From positions 248,001-312,000 of the forward strand of contig NIVC01000616.1 in assembly GCA_002269645.1 (NCBI GenBank): DNA of 64,000 nucleotides. Direction: 5' to 3'. The notes below the pieces were generated by a model that worked only from the letters and a program-made list of their open reading frames with translations, made no database searches and was not told where the DNA came from. This document shows positions 48,172 to 61,000 of the stretch, in pieces. The position numbers were made by a program, and so were the translations under genes. Positions within the stretch are counted from its first letter, which is position 1; every line of letters starts with the position of its first letter. The stretch comes from Macrostomum lignano. Lineage: Eukaryota.

Positions 48172-49569
48172 TTACTTTATGTTACATAAATCACAGCTTT
48201 TAGTGTGAATGTTTAAGTGCTCAAAAATCATACTTTCGTACTTGATTGCCAAATCGCTCGAGTGATTGCGCAGAAGATTCACATTAGGATCCAACGGACT
48301 CTGCTGATTAGCCTCCGCTTTCACAAGTAAGTCCACAACCGTCTCGTGTCCGTTTTGCAATGCAATTTGTAGAGGAGTGAAGCCGTTGTTTGCTTGAAGA
48401 CTGACATCAGCTTGGGCGTTTATGAGGGATTCCACGATTTGCAAATGGCCGTTCTGCGCCGCCACGTAGAGAGGGGATTCTCCGGTGTTTGTCTGAAGAT
48501 TGACGTTTGCCTGAGCATTGATGAGCGTTTCCGTGACTTGCTGATGACCGATTTGCGACGCGATAAAGAGAGGCGAGTAGCCATTGTTCTGCTGGCAATC
48601 CACTTCCGATTTTGCCTCGATGAGCTCGTTCATGACTTGAACTTGGCCATGCTGTGATGCAATGTAAAGCGGCGATGAGCCATTTGCCTTTTCTAAACAG
48701 TTTATATCCGCCTGTGCTCCGATGAGCGAGTCGAAGACTTTCTGATGACCATTGATTAATGCGATGTGTAGTGGGGACAGGCCAGTTCTGGTGTAGACAT
48801 CGACGCTTGCGAATGCCCCGATGAGTGTCTGAACCACCTCATGGTGACCAAAATGCGATGCTATGTATTGAGGTGAGCAGCCTTCGTCAGTGCATTGGTG
48901 ATTGATGTCAGCTTGTACTTGCGAGAGTAAATCCACGACTTGCTGATTGCCATTCTGCGATGCAAAGTAGAGAGGGGACATGCCATTGTTAGTTTGAAGA
49001 TTGACATCGGCTTGCGCTTCAATCAGTGACTCGGCTATTTGCAAATGGCCGTTCTGCAATGCGACATACACGGGTGACTCTCCTGTGCTCCGTTGAATAT
49101 TGACGTCAGCTTGTGCCTTGATTAGCACGTCAACGACTCCCTGATGGCCCTGAGTCACCGAAATAGTGAGCGGTGTCTCACCGTCGACTCCTCGGCTGTT
49201 CACGTCGGCTTGCGCATCGAGGAAAATTTCCACCACGCTCTGTTTTCCAAGAATGCACGCAAAATGCAGGGGAGGCAACCTTTGTCCGAAGGCGGTGATC
49301 AGGCGGTCGAAGTTTGTTTGCTTCTTGACGATGTTGAAAATTGCTTTCAAATTTTTCGAAGTTATCGCCTCAACAATTTCTTTATCGCTCAAATCAGGAA
49401 TTTCGTCTTTTCTGTTCTTCTTTTTTGCCTCTCTTTTTCTCCGGAGTCTTTCTCGCCGCTTTCTGCAGATTTGAATGATTTTTCGGATGAGAAGGCCCGG
49501 CAGCACTAGAAGCGCAGCTAGTGCGTAAATAATTATGAACACCGTGAAGAACCTCACGGGGTCAGTCAT
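48172..49569 (-). CDS. Single-exon ankyrin-repeat protein (~9-10 repeats) with N-terminal transmembrane/signal-anchor helix and basic stretch
   Basis: FFTVFIIIYALAALLVLPGLLI followed by RKRRERLRRKR; repeated GxSPL(Y/H)xAxQNGHxxVVxxLIxAQADVN. Confidence 0.92.
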   Translation of the reverse strand: MTDPVRFFTVFIIIYALAALLVLPGLLIRKIIQICRKRRERLRRKREAKKKNRKDEIPDLSDKEIVEAITSKNLKAIFNIVKKQTNFDRLITAFGQRLPPLHFACILGKQSVVEIFLDAQADVNSRGVDGETPLTISVTQGHQGVVDVLIKAQADVNIQRSTGESPVYVALQNGHLQIAESLIEAQADVNLQTNNGMSPLYFASQNGNQQVVDLLSQVQADINHQCTDEGCSPQYIASHFGHHEVVQTLIGAFASVDVYTRTGLSPLHIALINGHQKVFDSLIGAQADINCLEKANGSSPLYIASQHGQVQVMNELIEAKSEVDCQQNNGYSPLFIASQIGHQQVTETLINAQANVNLQTNTGESPLYVAAQNGHLQIVESLINAQADVSLQANNGFTPLQIALQNGHETVVDLLVKAEANQQSPLDPNVNLLRNHSSDLAIKYESMIFEHLNIHTKSCDLCNIK

Positions 49570-50404
49570 TGCTGCAAGTTAACTATCGATAATTGGATAA
49601 ACTCGAGATATTTTCTGGATCGAGAATATGCTGAGTCGGCTGCAGCCTTCCTTTTTTATAGGCAGCTTCAATCCGCCCACCCGCCGCCGCCAACGCGCAA
49701 TTTCTTTCCATTTCTTCCAGTTTCACAACCGCCCGGCCCGTCCAAACTTCTGTTGTTAAAACGAGGTTGTTACAAAAAAATACAGCTTTGCCTGCGGAGT
49801 TTGCTGGGCTGCTTTACATGAGCAATGCATCTTATTGTTCTGTTTCACATATACTGGGATGGACTAGGGGCCGAAAGAATGAGTCACCCTCTCGTCACAG
49901 TACCTTGTTTCGTCGTAAACCCGATTCCAATTAATTACTTTACGTGTTGCTCTGTGTCCTTGAAGGGCGCATTGATGCCTTTTTTCTTTTATTCTGCAAT
50001 AAATATTCTTGTCTCAAATTGCACAAAATATTGTTTGACCCCTTAGCAAATATTGCTAATACATGAATGAGGGCTCTTGCTGTGTGTGCTGCTGTACGTG
50101 GGTCCACTAGGAGACAAGGGGTCAGCAAACTTTTTTACCTCAAGGTCCAGATAGAGAAGCTGGAGCATGACTGCAGGCCAGAGAGAGGAGAGAAGCGAAA
50201 GAGATTAGAAAGGAGATTAGAGGATTGGAGAGAAGAGCGATAAGAAAAGACAGGCCTTCTCTGGTCTCAGCGAGTTCAGGTGCGAACCTACTCATCAGCT
50301 CACAGTCCCTGATCACACTCCTCCCGCTCAGGTCACAGCCAGTCATCTAGGGCTCTAGCTGAACACGCTCCGAGGTCTATATATTCACGGTATAAACCAA
50401 AGGT

Positions 50405-51430
50405 GGTCTGGGGAAGATAGGACAGAGGGACGGAAAGAATAGGGAAGATAGGACAGAGAGACGGAAAGAATGGGGTAGATAGGACAGAGAGACGGAAAGA
50501 ATGGGGAAGATAGGACAGAGAGACGGAAAGAATAGGGAAGATAGGACAGAGGGACGGAAAGAATAGGGAAGATAGGACAGAGAGACGGAAAGAATAGGGA
50601 AGATAGGACAGAGGGACGGAAAGAATAGGGAAGATAGGACAGAGAGACGGAAAGAATAGGGAAGATAGGACAGAGGGACGGAAAGAATAGGGAAGATAGG
50701 ACAGAGAGACGGAAAGAATAGGGAAGATAGGACAGAGAGACGGAAAGAATAGGGAAGATAGGACAGAGAGACGGAAAGAATAGGGAAGATAGGACAGAGG
50801 GACGGAAAGAATAGGGAAGATAGGACAGAGAGACGGAAAGAATAGGGAAGATAGGACAGAGAGACGGAAAGAATAGGGAAGATAGGACAGAGAGACGGAA
50901 AGAATAGGGAAGATAGGACAGAGGGACGGAAAGAATAGGGAAGATAGGACAGAGAGACGGAAAGAATAGGGAAGATAGGACAGAGGGACGGAAAGAATAG
51001 GGAAGATAGGACAGAGAGACGGAAAGAAAGGGGAAGATAGGACAGAGAGACGGAAAGAAAGGGGAAGATAGGACAGAGAGACGGAAAAAATGGGGAAGAT
51101 AGGACAGAGAGACGGAAAGAATGGGGAAGATAGGACAGAGAGACGGAAAGAATAGGGAAGATAGGACAGAGGGACGGAAATAATAGGGAAGATAGGACAG
51201 AGGGACGGAAAGAATAGGGAAGATAGGACAGAGAGACGGAAAGAATAGGGAAGATAGGACAGAGAGACGGAAAGAATAGGGAAGATAGGACAGAGAGACG
51301 GAAAGAATAGGGAAGATAGGACAGAGAGACGGAAAGAATAGGGAAGATAGGACAGAGGGACGGAAAGAATGGGGAAGATAGGACAGAGAGACGGAAAGAA
51401 TAGGGAAGATAGCACAGAGAGACGGAAAAG
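50405..51430. repeat. 31-bp purine-rich satellite (GGGAAGATAGGACAGAGAGACGGAAAGAATA)n
   Basis: Period 31; stop-free on the minus strand in all frames, giving three artefact ORFs. Confidence 0.97.
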
Positions 51431-52009
51431 ATACAGCGGAGAAAACCAAATCTATACATGCTTCAAACTTCTCAACCAGTATTTTTCGACTTGATTTTCC
51501 CTTGTTTTGAATAAATTTTCACTTTGCAAACAGACTTGACTATCGCTACAATACTAATGAATAATACAATGGCACGAATATATTCTAACATTTTAACATA
51601 AAACCCTCTGGTTCAATGGAAATAATTGATACTAATAAGTCGGAATTATTTGTTAGAATTATATATAGGCTAGACTACAAGCGTGTGTGCTGTAGTACAT
51701 TTAAACCGGTTTAGGTATATTTTAGATAAAATCAAGACGTTTTTTACTCATCATATTCAGTATATAATTCGATCATGAAAACAGAAAGCTAAAACAATAC
51801 ACGACTCAAGAGGCACATAAAGCAGAAACACTTACAAGTTGAAGCTGTGCATGCACAGTTTAAAGATGCACCAGAAAGCTACCGTTTAGAACGAAATTTT
51901 CAATTAATCTCTGAATGCACTCTGTTTTCAAGAAGATATTCAAAACAGTGGCACACACAGCTATTTTTATTGAAGGGCACCGCAACCCTCGGGGGGCCAA
52001 TATTTGGTC

Positions 52010-52175
52010 TCTTGGTTGGCGCCCGCTTTCTCTTGTGTTGGACGACCTGTCTCTTGTGTTGGGCGCCCCTGTCTCTTGAGTTGGGCGCCCCTGTCTCTTG
52101 GGTTGGGCGCCCCTGTCTCTTGGTGGGCGCCTCTGTCTCTTGGTGGGCGCCCCTGTCTCTTGGGTTGGGCCTGTA
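52010..52175. repeat. GGGCGCCCCTGTCTCTT-type short tandem array
   Basis: Visible ~19-21-bp units. Confidence 0.75.
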
Positions 52176-52553
52176 AACCTGTTCATTGAGTTTTTGAATA
52201 GGCGGCATTTTTGTGGGGGCGATTGGTGGGAGGGGCCCCTGACCCGAATGCGCACTCATCTAGAAGCGAAGGAACAGTAATTTAAGTAGATCTGTGTGCT
52301 CTTACTCGCTTAGACCGCATTTAGTGCTCTAGAAAATGAAAAAGGTGCAAAAAGTACGCATGAGGGAGAAAATAATCGGTCGCGCATGGTAAAAGGATTC
52401 CAAATTGAGTTTAATTGGAAAGTTTCCTTTGCTTTTTTAGTTTGCTTGCAGCTTGCATGTTTTTGTGAAGCAGAACTGAAAATTGTTTAATATAACATGA
52501 AAATTGTGCTTCTTTAGGAGAAATATCAATTTAAACAGAAAAATTTCATTAAT

Positions 52554-54772
52554 TGATGTAACCACGCTCTGGTCGCGGGATAGGGCATGGGAACTTTTTC
52601 GAAAGTGCCTCCTATCCCGTGCACCCTCTGCACAGAGCTGCCGAGACTCGGCCAGGTCTCCGACCGGGCCTGGAGACTCCCGCTCTGCTGCACCCCTCCT
52701 GCTGCCTTGGTCCCGTCTCTCCTGCCGCCACACCTGCCTTTCCGGAGCCCCTACCCCTTTCTGTACCTCCCCCTCTACCCTATCTCTTCTGTTCCCGCCC
52801 TATTCTTCCTGTACTTTCTCTACCTCCTCTCTTTTTTTTGTCTCCCTCTGCACTCTTTTCCTGCGCTGTCCCCTCTTTCCCTGTGCCTACTTACAGTACT
52901 TTGTGTGCTCACCGTCTCCCCATCCCCTCTCAAACTCCCAAACGGTGACGCAAGTCGTGTGACCCCTTCTCCCCCTCGGTGACTCATCGATGACTCATCC
53001 CCCTCTCTTGCGCAACCTTTTCTCACGCTATTGTTCTCCTTCCCAAATTTCTCATGTGACACCCACCCCACCTCCGCTTCTATTGTTCTCGTTTTTGCTT
53101 CTTTTGTTCTCTCGACCCCCACCAATTATCACATTTTCTCCGATTTTCTCTTTCTTTTGTTCTCGTTTTCGCACCTAATTATCACCTTTTCTCCAATGTT
53201 TAATTTTCCATTGTTCTTAGTTTTCCCCAATTATCCCCGATTTCCAATTCCTTTGTTCTCGACCCCAGCCCTATTGTTCTCAATGTTTGCTTGCGCAACA
53301 CTTTCGCGACCACCCGCTGCGCCAATTATCCCCCCACCCCACCTCCGGATTGCGCAATTTCCCGATTTCTCATGTTGCTATGCCGGTCTCATGCTTCTCA
53401 TCATGACTCATTCTGACGTCATTCTGCCGGCAGCCAATCAGAGAGAGGGAGCCATGGTAACGACCTTGAGGAGGCGGCTGTGAGGTCTATAAAAGGAAGC
53501 GATTTCGGCATGAGAATACTCAACTGAGTTTATCTCTGTTCCTCTCCTCGTCCTTCTTTGGACTTGCTGTCAGATTGAGTTCTGACCCATTCGTCTATAA
53601 GACGAATCCCTGCCGGTCCGCGGTCTGTTACCGCCAAGTTATCCTTAGCTCCCCAAGTGAGCTCGCCTATCGGCCAGCGGTCTGATACCGCCCAGCATCA
53701 TCAGCATCGCCTGATCTACATCAGCGCCTCGTCGCTCCAGCGCATCGCCGCTTCACCGTCTGCCTGACTGCAGCCTACAGCCGCCCTCGGTCACTCCGCC
53801 TCTCTCTCTCTCTGTGCAGCTGCCGGTAAGTTCCTACTACTAATTTGTGCTCTAATTGCCTTTGCTTATCCGGGGTTTGCCTATTTTCCATTGTCTGATT
53901 AGAGAGCTGAGCCAATTGTGATACCGTATCTTTTGCTGTATTTTACTCAATAGTGAAGCCGCCTAATTGCCTACTTATTTGCCTAAGGGCCTAATTATTA
54001 ACTATTAACTAACTTCATCATTATTCAATCTTTCACCATCATTTCACTCATGGCTTGCTAAGCCTTTCTCCCGGGGTGGCAAAGCATAAGGAAGTTTGGG
54101 TAAGCTAATGGCCTCTCCCCGTGCAAAGCCCGCCTGTGAGTGCGTGCTGCGGGGCCGCGTGTGCGTGCAGTAGAGGGATTAGCGAGTCTTGGCACAGAAT
54201 GGCAGTAGGAAGGTTGCAACCCCATGCTAACGCGTCCCTTCGCCCTGAGCAATCTAAACTGTAGACAGTACATGTTCGCCTCATACTACTCTTAGTAATC
54301 AAAGTCGCAAGTCAGCCTCGCTCACAGCCACAAAGGATCCCCTGCTGAGAAATCCTCCAGGATTGAGCCCAGAGTTCCCGATCATGCCCCAAGCAGAGTC
54401 CCTGTACTCGGCTGCATGCGTCTCCCCTGTTAGCCTAAATCCCCTGGTAACCAATCCAGGCGGGGCTCTAGCCTCGAGAGGTCTGGTAGAAAGATCCAGG
54501 TGCGCCAGGTCACATAGAGTGGTGGCAGCCACTCGGTCATACCATGACCGAGTGACCAACTATTGCACCTTGGCTACAGGTGGGGTCCATGTGGGCCCTT
54601 GGCCCTCTGGTCACGAAGCGCTACCAAAGCTACTAATCATGTGGGCGGGACAGTATGGTGCTGGAGGTCCGTCAGGTCATTGCCCGGTCATAGGCAGCCT
54701 ACGGTCATTGCCCCCTCTAGTCATGCGTTCGTCTCTCTACGGAGCGGACAGGCGACAAGGGCGGTTACATCA
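52554..54772 (+). mobile_element. Solo-LTR-like element (~2.22 kb), TGATGTAACC...GGTTACATCA, 4-bp TSD TAAT
   Basis: TSD at 52550-52553 and 54773-54776; 10-bp terminal inverted repeat; TATAAAA at ~53488 suggests an internal promoter. Confidence 0.88.
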
Positions 54773-54834
54773 TAATAATTTTTGATGCTTTAATTAAAAG
54801 CATCTAAGAGCATCTGGTAGCTTAGTTCAAGCTT

Positions 54835-57800
54835 AGTCCTGAACTAAGCTACCAGAATGCTGTAGTCCTAAACTAAGCTACCAGAATGCTGTAGTCCTGA
54901 ACTAAGCTACCAGAATGCTGTAGTCCTGAACTAAGCTACCAGAATGCTGTAGTCCTGAACTAAGCTACCAGAATGCTGTAGTCCTGAACTAAGCTACCAG
55001 AATGCTGTAGTCCTGAACTAAGCTACCAGAATGCTGTAGTCCTGAACTAAGCTACCAGAATGCTGTAGTCCTGAACTAAGCTACCAGAATGCTGTAGTCC
55101 TGAACTAAGCTACCAGAATGCTGTAGTCCTGAACTAAGCTACCAGAATGCTGTAGTCCTGAACTAAGCTACCAGAATGTTTTTGTCCTGAACTAAGCTAC
55201 CAGAATGCTGTAGTCCTGAACTAAGCTACCAGAATGCTGTAGTCCTGAACTAAGCTACCAGAATGCTGTAGTCCTGAACTAATCTAACAGAATGCTGTAG
55301 TCCTGAACTAAGCTACCAGAATGCTGTAGTCCTGAACTAAGCTACCAGAATGCTGTAGTCCTGAACTAAGCTACCAGAATGCTGTAGTCCTGAACTAAGC
55401 TACCAGAATGCTGTAGTCCTGAACTAAGCTACCAGAATGCTGTAGTCCTGAACTAAGCTACCAGAATGCTGTAGTCCTGAACTAAGCTACCAGAATGCTG
55501 TAGTCCTGAACTAAGCTACCAGAATGCTGTAGTCCTGAACTAAGCTACCAGAATGCTGTAGTCCTGAACTAAGCTACCAGAATGCTGTAGTCCTGAACTA
55601 ATCTACCAGAATGCTGTAGTCCTGAACTAAGCTACCAGAATGCTGTAGTCCTGAACTAAGCTACCAGAATGCTGTAGTCCTGAACTAAGCTACCAGAATG
55701 CTGTAGTCCTGAACTAAGCTACCAGAATGCTGTAGTCCTGAACTAAGCTACCAGAATGCTGTAGTCCTGAACTAAGCTACCAGAATGTTTTTGTCCTGAA
55801 CTAAGCTACCAGAATGCTGTAGTCCTGAACTAAGCTACCAGAATGCTGTAGTCCTAAACTAAGCTACCAGAATGCTGTAGTCCTGAACTAAGCTACCAGA
55901 ATGCTGTAGTCCTGAACTAAGCTACCAGAATGCTGTAGTCCTGAACTAAGCTACCAGAATGCTGTAGTCCTGAACTAAGCTACCAGAATGCTGTAGTCCT
56001 GAACTAAGCTACCAGAATGCTGTAGTCCTGAACTAAGCTACCAGAATGCTGTAGTCCTGAACTAAGCTACCAGAATGCTGTAGTCCTGAACTAAGCTACC
56101 AGAATGCTGTAGTCCTAAACTAAGCTACCAGAATGCTGTAGTCCTGAACTAAGCTACCAGAATGCTGTAGTCCTGAACTAAGCTACCAGAATGCTGTAGT
56201 CCTGAACTAAGCTACCAGAATGCTGTAGTCCTGAACTAAGCTACCAGAATGCTGTAGTCCTGAACTAAGCTACCAGAATGCTGTAGTCCTAAACTAAACT
56301 ACCAGAATGCTGTAGTCCTGAACTAAGCTACCAGAATGCTGTAGTCCTGAACTAAGCTACCAGAATGCTGTAGTCCTGAACTAAGCTACCAGAATGCTGT
56401 AGTCCTGAACTAAGCTACCAGAATGCTGTAGTCCTGAACTAAGGTACCAGAATGCTGTAGTCCTGAACTAAGCTACCAGAATGCTGTAGTCCTGAACTAA
56501 GCTACCAGAATGCTGTAGTCCTGAACTAAGCTACCAGAATGCTGTAGTCCTGAACTAAGCTACCAGAATGCTGTAGTCCTGAACTAAGCTACCAAAATGC
56601 TGTAGTCCTAAACTAAGCTACCAGAATGCTGTAGTCCTGAACTAAGCTACCAGAATGCTGTAGTCCTGAACTAAGCTACCAGAATGCTGTAGTCCTGAAC
56701 TAAGCTACCAGAATGCTGTAGTCCTGAACTAAGCTACCAGAATGCTGTAGTCCTAAACTAAGCTACCAGAATGCTGTAGTCCTGAACTAAGCTACCAGAA
56801 TGCTGTAGTCCTGAACTAAGCTACCAGAATGCTGTAGTCCTGAACTAAGCTACCAGAATGCTGTAGTCCTGAACTAAGCTACCAGAATGCTGTAGTCCTG
56901 AACTAAGCTACCAGAATGCTGTAGTCCTGAACTAAGCTACCAGAATGCTGTAGTCCTGAACTAAGCTACCAGAATGCTGTAGTCCTGAACTAAGCTACCA
57001 GAATGCTGTAGTCCTGAACTAAGCTACCAGAATGCTGTAGTCCTGAACTAAGCTACCAGAATGCTGTAGTCCTGAACTAAGCTACCAGAATGCTGTAGTC
57101 CTGAACTAAGCTACCAGAATGCTGTAGTCCTGAACTAAGCTACCAGAATGCTGTAGTCCTGAACTAAGCTACCAGAATGCTGTAGTCCTGAACTAAGCTA
57201 CCAGAATGCTGTAGTCCTGAACTAAGCTACCAGAATGCTGTAGTCCTGAACTAAGCTACCAGAATGCTGTAGTCCTGAACTAATCTACCAGAATGCTGTA
57301 GTCCTGAACTAAGCTACCAGAATGCTGTAGTCCTGAAGTAAGCTACCAGAATGCTGTAGTCCTGAACTAAGCTACCAGAATGCTGTAGTCCTGAACTAAG
57401 CTACCAGAATGCTGTAGTCCTGAACTAAGCTACCAGAATGCTGTAGTCCTGAACTAAGCTACCAGAATGCTGTAGTCCTGAACTAAGCTACCAGAATGCT
57501 GTAGTCCTGAACTAAGCTACCAGAATGCTGTAGTCCTGAACTAAGCTACCAGAATGCTGTAGTCCTGAACTAAGCTACCAGAATGCTGTAGTCCTGAACT
57601 AAGCTACCAGAATGCTGTAGTCCTGAACTAAGCTACCAGAATGCTGTAGTCCTGAACTAAGCTACCAGAATGCTGTAGTCCTGAACTAAGCTACCTGAAT
57701 GCTGTAGTCCTGAACTAAGCTACCAGAATGCTGTAGTCCTGAACTAAGCTACCAGAATGCTGTAGTCCTGAACTAAGCTACCAGAATGCTGTAGTCCTGA

Positions 57801-57983
57801 ACTAAGCTACCAGAATGCTGTAGTCCTGAACTAATCTACCAGAATGCTGTAGTCCTGAACTAAGCTACCAGAATGCTGTAGTCCTGAACTAAGCTACCAG
57901 AATGCTGTAGTCCTGAACTAAGCTACCAGAATGCTGTAGTCCTAAACTAAGCTACCAGAATGCTGTAGTCCTGAACTAAGCTA
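54835..57983. repeat. Highly homogeneous 29-bp satellite (GTCCTGAACTAAGCTACCAGAATGCTGTA)n, ~3.15 kb
   Basis: Period 29, few variants, no spacers. Confidence 0.98.
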
Positions 57984-58027
57984 CATCAAACGCAAAGTTA
58001 GTTCCAAGAGTTTGCACTCCAGGAACT

Positions 58028-61000
58028 TCAGCAGATGTTGCGGCAGGCAAACTGCTGCAAGAAGGCGTACGCCAGGAACACCAGGTACAGCAGGATGAGG
58101 ATTGCGGCCACTTTCCTGCCAATCTTCAAACGAGCGGCGCCCAGGATGCCCAGCGTGATGACCAGCACAATGATCAGGATTAGGCCGAACTTCACGTGCA
58201 CCATCATGCGCATCTTGTTCTCGCAGTAGTCGCGCTGCCGGCGGGTGGGGAAACAGTTCAAGTACACAGACACTGCAAACAGCTCAAGTACACAGACACT
58301 GCAAACAGCTCAAGTACACAGGCATTAGACACAGCTCTTGTACACAGACACTGCAAACAGCTCAAGTACACAGGCATTAGACACAGCTCTAGTACACAGA
58401 CACTGCAAACAGCTCAAGTACACAGGCATTAGACACAGCTCTTGTACACAGACACTGCAAACAGCTCAAGTACACAGGCATTAGACACAGCTCTTGTACA
58501 CAGACACTGCAAACAGCTCAAGTACACAGGCATTAGACACAGCTCTTGTACACAGACACTGCAAACAGCTCAAGTACACAGGCATTAGACACAGCTCTTG
58601 TACACAGACACTGCAAACAGCTTAAGTACACAGGCATTAGACACAGCTCTAGTACACAGACACTGCAAACAGCTCAAGTACACAGGCATTAGACACAGCT
58701 CTTGTACACAGACATTGCAAACAGCTCAAGTACACAGGCATTAGACACAGCTCTTGTACACAGACACTGCAAACAGCTCAAGTACACAGGCATTAGACAC
58801 AGCTCTTGTACACAGACATTGCAAACAGCTCAAGTACACAGGCATTAGACACAGCTCTTGTACACAGACACTGAAACAGCTCAAGTACACAGGCATTAGA
58901 CACAGCTCTTGTACACAGACACTGCAAACAGCTCAAGTACACAGGCATTAGACACAGCTCTGATACACAGACATTGCAAACAGCTCAAGTACACAGGCAT
59001 TAGACACAGCTCTTGTACACAGACATTGCAAACAGCTCAAGTACACAGGCATTAGACACAGCTCTTGTACACAGACACTGAAACAGCTCAAGTACACAGG
59101 CATTAGACACAGCTCTTGTACACAGACACTGCAAACAGCTCAAGTACACAGGCATTAGACACAGCTCTTGTACACAGACACTGCAAACAGCTCAAGTACA
59201 CAGGTATTAGACACAGCTCTTGTACACAGACACTGCAAACAGCTCAAGTACACAGGCATTAGACACAGCTCTTGTACACAGACACTGCAAACAGCTCAAG
59301 TACACAGGCATTAGACACAGCTCTAGTACACAGACACTGCAAACAGCTCAAGTTCACAGGCACTGCAAACAGCTCAAGTTCACAGTCATTAGACACAGCT
59401 CTGGTACACAGGCATTAGACACAGCTCAAGTACACAGACACTGCAAACAGCTCAAGTACACAGGCATTAGACACAGCTCTTGTACACAGACACTGCAAAC
59501 AGCTCAAGTACACAGGCATTAGACACAGCTCTTGTACACAGACACTGCAAACAGCTCAAGTACACAGGCATTAGACACAGCTCTTGTACACAGACATTGC
59601 AAACAGCTCAAGTACACAGGCATTAGACACAGCTCTTGTACACAGACACTGAAACAGCTCAAGTACACAGGCATTAGACACAGCTCTAGTACACAGACAC
59701 TGCAAACAGCTCAAGTACACAGGCATTAGACACAGCTCTGATACACAGACATTGCAAACAGCTCAAGTACACAGGCATTAGACACAGCTCTTGTACACAG
59801 ACATTGCAAACAGCTCAAGTACACAGGCATTAGACACAGCTCTTGTACACAGACACTGAAACAGCTCAAGTACACAGGCATTAGACACAGCTCTTGTACA
59901 CAGACACTGCAAACAGCTCAAGTACACAGGCATTAGACACAGCTCTTGTACACAGACACTGCAAACAGCTCAAGTACACAGGCATTAGACACAGCTCTTG
60001 TACACAGACACTGCAAACAGCTCAAGTACACAGGCATTAGACACAGCTCTTGTACACAGACACTGCAAACAGCTCAAGTACACAGGCATTAGACACAGCT
60101 CTAGTACACAGACACTGCAAACAGCTCAAGTTCACAGGCACTGCAAACAGCTCAAGTTCACAGTCATTAGACACAGCTCTGGTACACAGGCATTAGACAC
60201 AGCTCAAGTACACAGACATTGCAAACAGCTCAAGTACACAGGCATTAGACACAGCTCAAGTACACAGGCATTAGACACAGCTCAAGTACACAGACATTGC
60301 AAACAGCTCAAGTACACAGGCATTAGACACAGCTCAAGTACACAGGCATTAGACACAGCTCAAGTACACGGGCATTAGACACAGCTCTGGTACACAGACA
60401 TTGCAAACCGCTCAAGTACACAGGCATTAGACACAGCTCAAGTACACAGACATTGCAAACAGCTCAAGTACACAGGCATTAGACACAGCTCAAGTACACA
60501 GACATTACAAACAGCTTAGTACACAGACATTAGACACAGCTCTGGTACACAGACACTGGAAGTGCCTCACTTACCCGTTCATCCTGGCTAAAAACATCCA
60601 ACGGCTCGGCCTTGTTGATGAGCAGGCGGACAAAGAACGGCAGGCCGAGACCGATATCGATGTCGAACACGTTCGATCCGATGGCGTTGGAAACGGCCAT
60701 GTCGGCGAAACCGTCCCTGGCAACTATGATGGAGCTTAGAAGATCCTGGAACGATTGTTTATCGAACGTGTGTATCGAGCTAGTAATGGGTGACTCAAGC
60801 TTCATGTGTTTCAAACAATTAGGACTAGAGATTAGGGCTACAGATTAGGGCTACAGATTAAGGCTACAGATTTGGGCTTCAGAGCTTCAGATTTGGGCTA
60901 CAGATTAGGACTACAGATTAGGGCAATAGATTAGTTAATTAGATTTCACAGACGCTCACCGGAATGCTGGTGCCCGCGGCCAGCACCGTGATGGCCATCA

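Noticed and set aside
47908-48234. Direct ankyrin-Mab21 fusion via the best-looking splice sites
   Set aside because: The phase matches but an in-frame TGA at 47895-47897 precedes the Mab-21 ATG.
50333-51459. Three overlapping ~360-aa ORFs
   Set aside because: A stop-free 31-bp satellite read in three frames.
37134-54772. One composite transposon with 2.2-kb inverted terminal repeats
   Set aside because: Each copy has its own distinct TSD, indicating two independent insertions.
54835-57983. CRISPR-like 29-bp repeats (also 21355-27650)
   Set aside because: Head-to-tail with no unique spacers, eukaryotic context and no cas genes; these are satellites.
21355-57983. Common origin of the two 29-bp satellites
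   Set aside because: Only a weak ATGCT..AACT resemblance in opposite orientation; equal period is not enough evidence.
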